Part shown: in pieces, positions 8,113 through 9,969 of the stretch
How the letters are laid out: every line of letters begins with the position of its first letter
Numbering within the stretch: the stretch's first letter is position 1
Assembly: GCF_000143415.4 (NCBI RefSeq)
Contig: NW_003314598.1
Location: 1-9,969, forward strand
Direction: 5' to 3'
DNA length: 9,969 nucleotides
DNA from: Selaginella moellendorffii
Lineage: Eukaryota > Plantae > Lycopodiophyta
Notes under the pieces: model-generated
What the model was told of the DNA's origin: nothing
Database searches by the model: none
What the model saw: the letters and a program-made list of their open reading frames with translations, nothing else
Program-made: the position numbers and the translations under genes

Positions 8113-8700
8113 TTACGCGTCACTGCCAGTGTTGGCAGGACACTTAGAGGAGAATCCCAGAGTGCCATTGCTGTGCGAACTACGAGTGTGAGCTTCCAGC
8201 TGTAAGATAGCATTACTCCGCTGCTTCCTTCGAGATAACATCCATCGCATGAGCAAAAAGCACGCAAGCAGCACCAAGATCGCAACCAAAACCCAAAGAA
8301 GAAGCTGGAGCAGCGACCACAGCGTCCTCCGAACCACTGTAACTACTGCTGCGGGTGTTGGCGTGGCCACTGCTGCGTCCGGACCCTTGCGACGATGGTG
8401 GTGGTGGTGGTTGTGGCGTCCTCCATGGTGGTGACCATGGTGATGGTGGTGGACAACCAGAGGAGCTCCATCACTGTGATGATGATGGTACACTGCTGCT
8501 GCTGGAGCTGGATGGTGGTGGCGAGCATGATCAAGGATAGCAAGCGCTGGAGCTAGATGAGCAGGGTGGCCGCGAGCAGGGTGAACGAAAGCAGCTGGCG
8601 CTGGGGCTCGAACTGGAGCGTCACCTTGAAGAACTGGAGCTAAAGCTGGTGCTGGCTCGTGGCCTCCTCGAGGATGGTGTCCATGGTGGTGAAACCTCAT
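8113..8700 (-). CDS. His/Pro/Ala-rich single-pass membrane protein exon, copy 2 (probably partial or chimeric at the 5' end)
   Basis: 195-aa ORF with 31 His in the first 102 residues and AP/PA repeats, then hydrophobic LWSLLQLLLWVLVAILVLLACFLLM followed by basic RWMLSRRKQR. The stop lies inside a donor-like GC|GTAAGT (8116-8111), so the exon may be spliced onward. There is no signal peptide. Confidence 0.6.
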   Translation of the reverse strand: MRFHHHGHHPRGGHEPAPALAPVLQGDAPVRAPAPAAFVHPARGHPAHLAPALAILDHARHHHPAPAAAVYHHHHSDGAPLVVHHHHHGHHHGGRHNHHHHHRRKGPDAAVATPTPAAVVTVVRRTLWSLLQLLLWVLVAILVLLACFLLMRWMLSRRKQRSNAILQLEAHTRSSHSNGTLGFSSKCPANTGSDA

Positions 8701-9329
8701 CTCTTAAAAAGCTCTTGAAATGCCAGGATGAGTACTAGAATTGGATTTTTGGGATCGACACAAGCATCTCCAAATATGTTCAATTGTTGGATCGTTCCAG
8801 GCGTTTTGACTGATTTTACTCTGGAGGAGCTGTGGATCAATATCAATATGGAGCTATGTTGCACCATGAGAATATCAAAACAGCAATGGATAGATATTTA
8901 TCTTGTGTTTCTTTTTCCCGTGTTCAAGTCTGACAATCCATAGCGTCACCAGCTACTCGTTTTTTTTTCACAAAACCAAAAGCACCTCTTTATTTTTCTA
9001 CTACTCCTTGCAAAGCTGTTCCAGATCATACCAATTTGATTTATATTGTGTTGGTATTACCAATTGCTTTACTCATCCTCTTGAATAACATTGCAAAGCA
9101 AAACACTAGCCTTGTTTTCCTCCTCTAGTGAATATTATTACTATAGTATGTATTATTATTATAATTTTTAGTAACACTAATATTATTTGGTATTTTGGTT
9201 TGCTAGTAAACATATTTAGCTATATAATTGTATAGCTAAAAGTCTTTTAAAATGAGTAACTTTTCTTTCTTACAAAATTTTAAATTTGGAAACATCATCT
9301 TCACATTCTTTCAAAGTTTAAGCACATTT
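8461..9329. repeat. Second copy of the duplicated segment: A direct (8461-8680), B inverted (8683-9000), C inverted (9024-9176), D direct (9173-9329)
   Basis: See blocks A-D. It includes only the 3' remnant of the tRNA-like sequence, GGGATCGACACAAGCATCTCCA (8751-8772, + strand). Confidence 0.9.
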
Positions 9330-9969
9330 GCTTTTGGTGTCTCATAGCCCCTGAACAAACAAATAGAGATATTGGGCACTCTTGATCAATTCAAAGAAAC
9401 TAATCATTAAAAGCTTACTAGGTGATGTACAATCTGCTAATAGGGAGAGCTAGGTCAGCAAAAGGAGTCATTAAGAATAAAGTTTTAAAATATGCTGGTA
9501 CACTAAAGAATATTTTCTTAATGGTTTAGTGGCAATATTTTTATTAAAGAGGTATTTTTTAAAAAATAGTAATTTAAATAATATTTAAATATGAGTGGCA
9601 ATATTTCATAATTAATAGAGGTTTTGTCTTATCATCTAATTTACAGAATGTGAGGTCCAAGTGTACAGCTACAATGCTATATATTAATATTACTGTAATG
9701 GCATTTTGGTAGCCGTCGAATTGGTTTCAATCTGGACCACTTGCTCCTATATATAAATTATGATTTTTGGGATAATTGAGATATATATTTTCTATATTCC
9801 CTTTCCATATTCTATGACTCACATTGGTGGACATGAGGAGCACCTTTGATTGTTTTTGAAGAGTGTTTGGATTTGGGATTTTGGTTTAGATCTAGCTTTT
9901 TTCATTTCCTTTTTCTTGTTCTTTCCTTTCAAAATTTTGATTTAGATTCAGCTTTTGCATTGTCTGCAT

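Overview
Eukaryotic, most likely land-plant, nuclear DNA. This is inferred from PLS-type PPR remnants, a plant-type cytosolic tRNA-Ala relic and very short predicted introns; a compact genome such as a lycophyte's would fit, but the organism cannot be verified here. No intact, recognisable gene is certain. The window holds two rearranged copies, about 7 kb apart, of a locus encoding a His/Pro/Ala-rich, probably type-I membrane protein on the minus strand. Copy 1 (~1335-2593) keeps a candidate signal-peptide exon and a 56-nt intron but is cut at 1334/1335 by what looks like an LTR-retrotransposon end; that inserted segment (1-1334) carries a CCGAG-based tandem array. Copy 2 (~8113-9329) keeps the His-rich domain and transmembrane helix, but its upstream region is two separately inverted, deleted blocks, one of which supplies its ATG. 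That block also carries an internally deleted tRNA-Ala(AGC)-like sequence. Between the copies lie an AT-rich spacer (~2600-4030) and a minus-strand series of broken coding segments: an unknown fragment (~4400-5050), an interrupted ORF of unknown family (~5490-6936) and a PPR pseudogene fragment (~7065-7520). All alignments and counts were made by eye.
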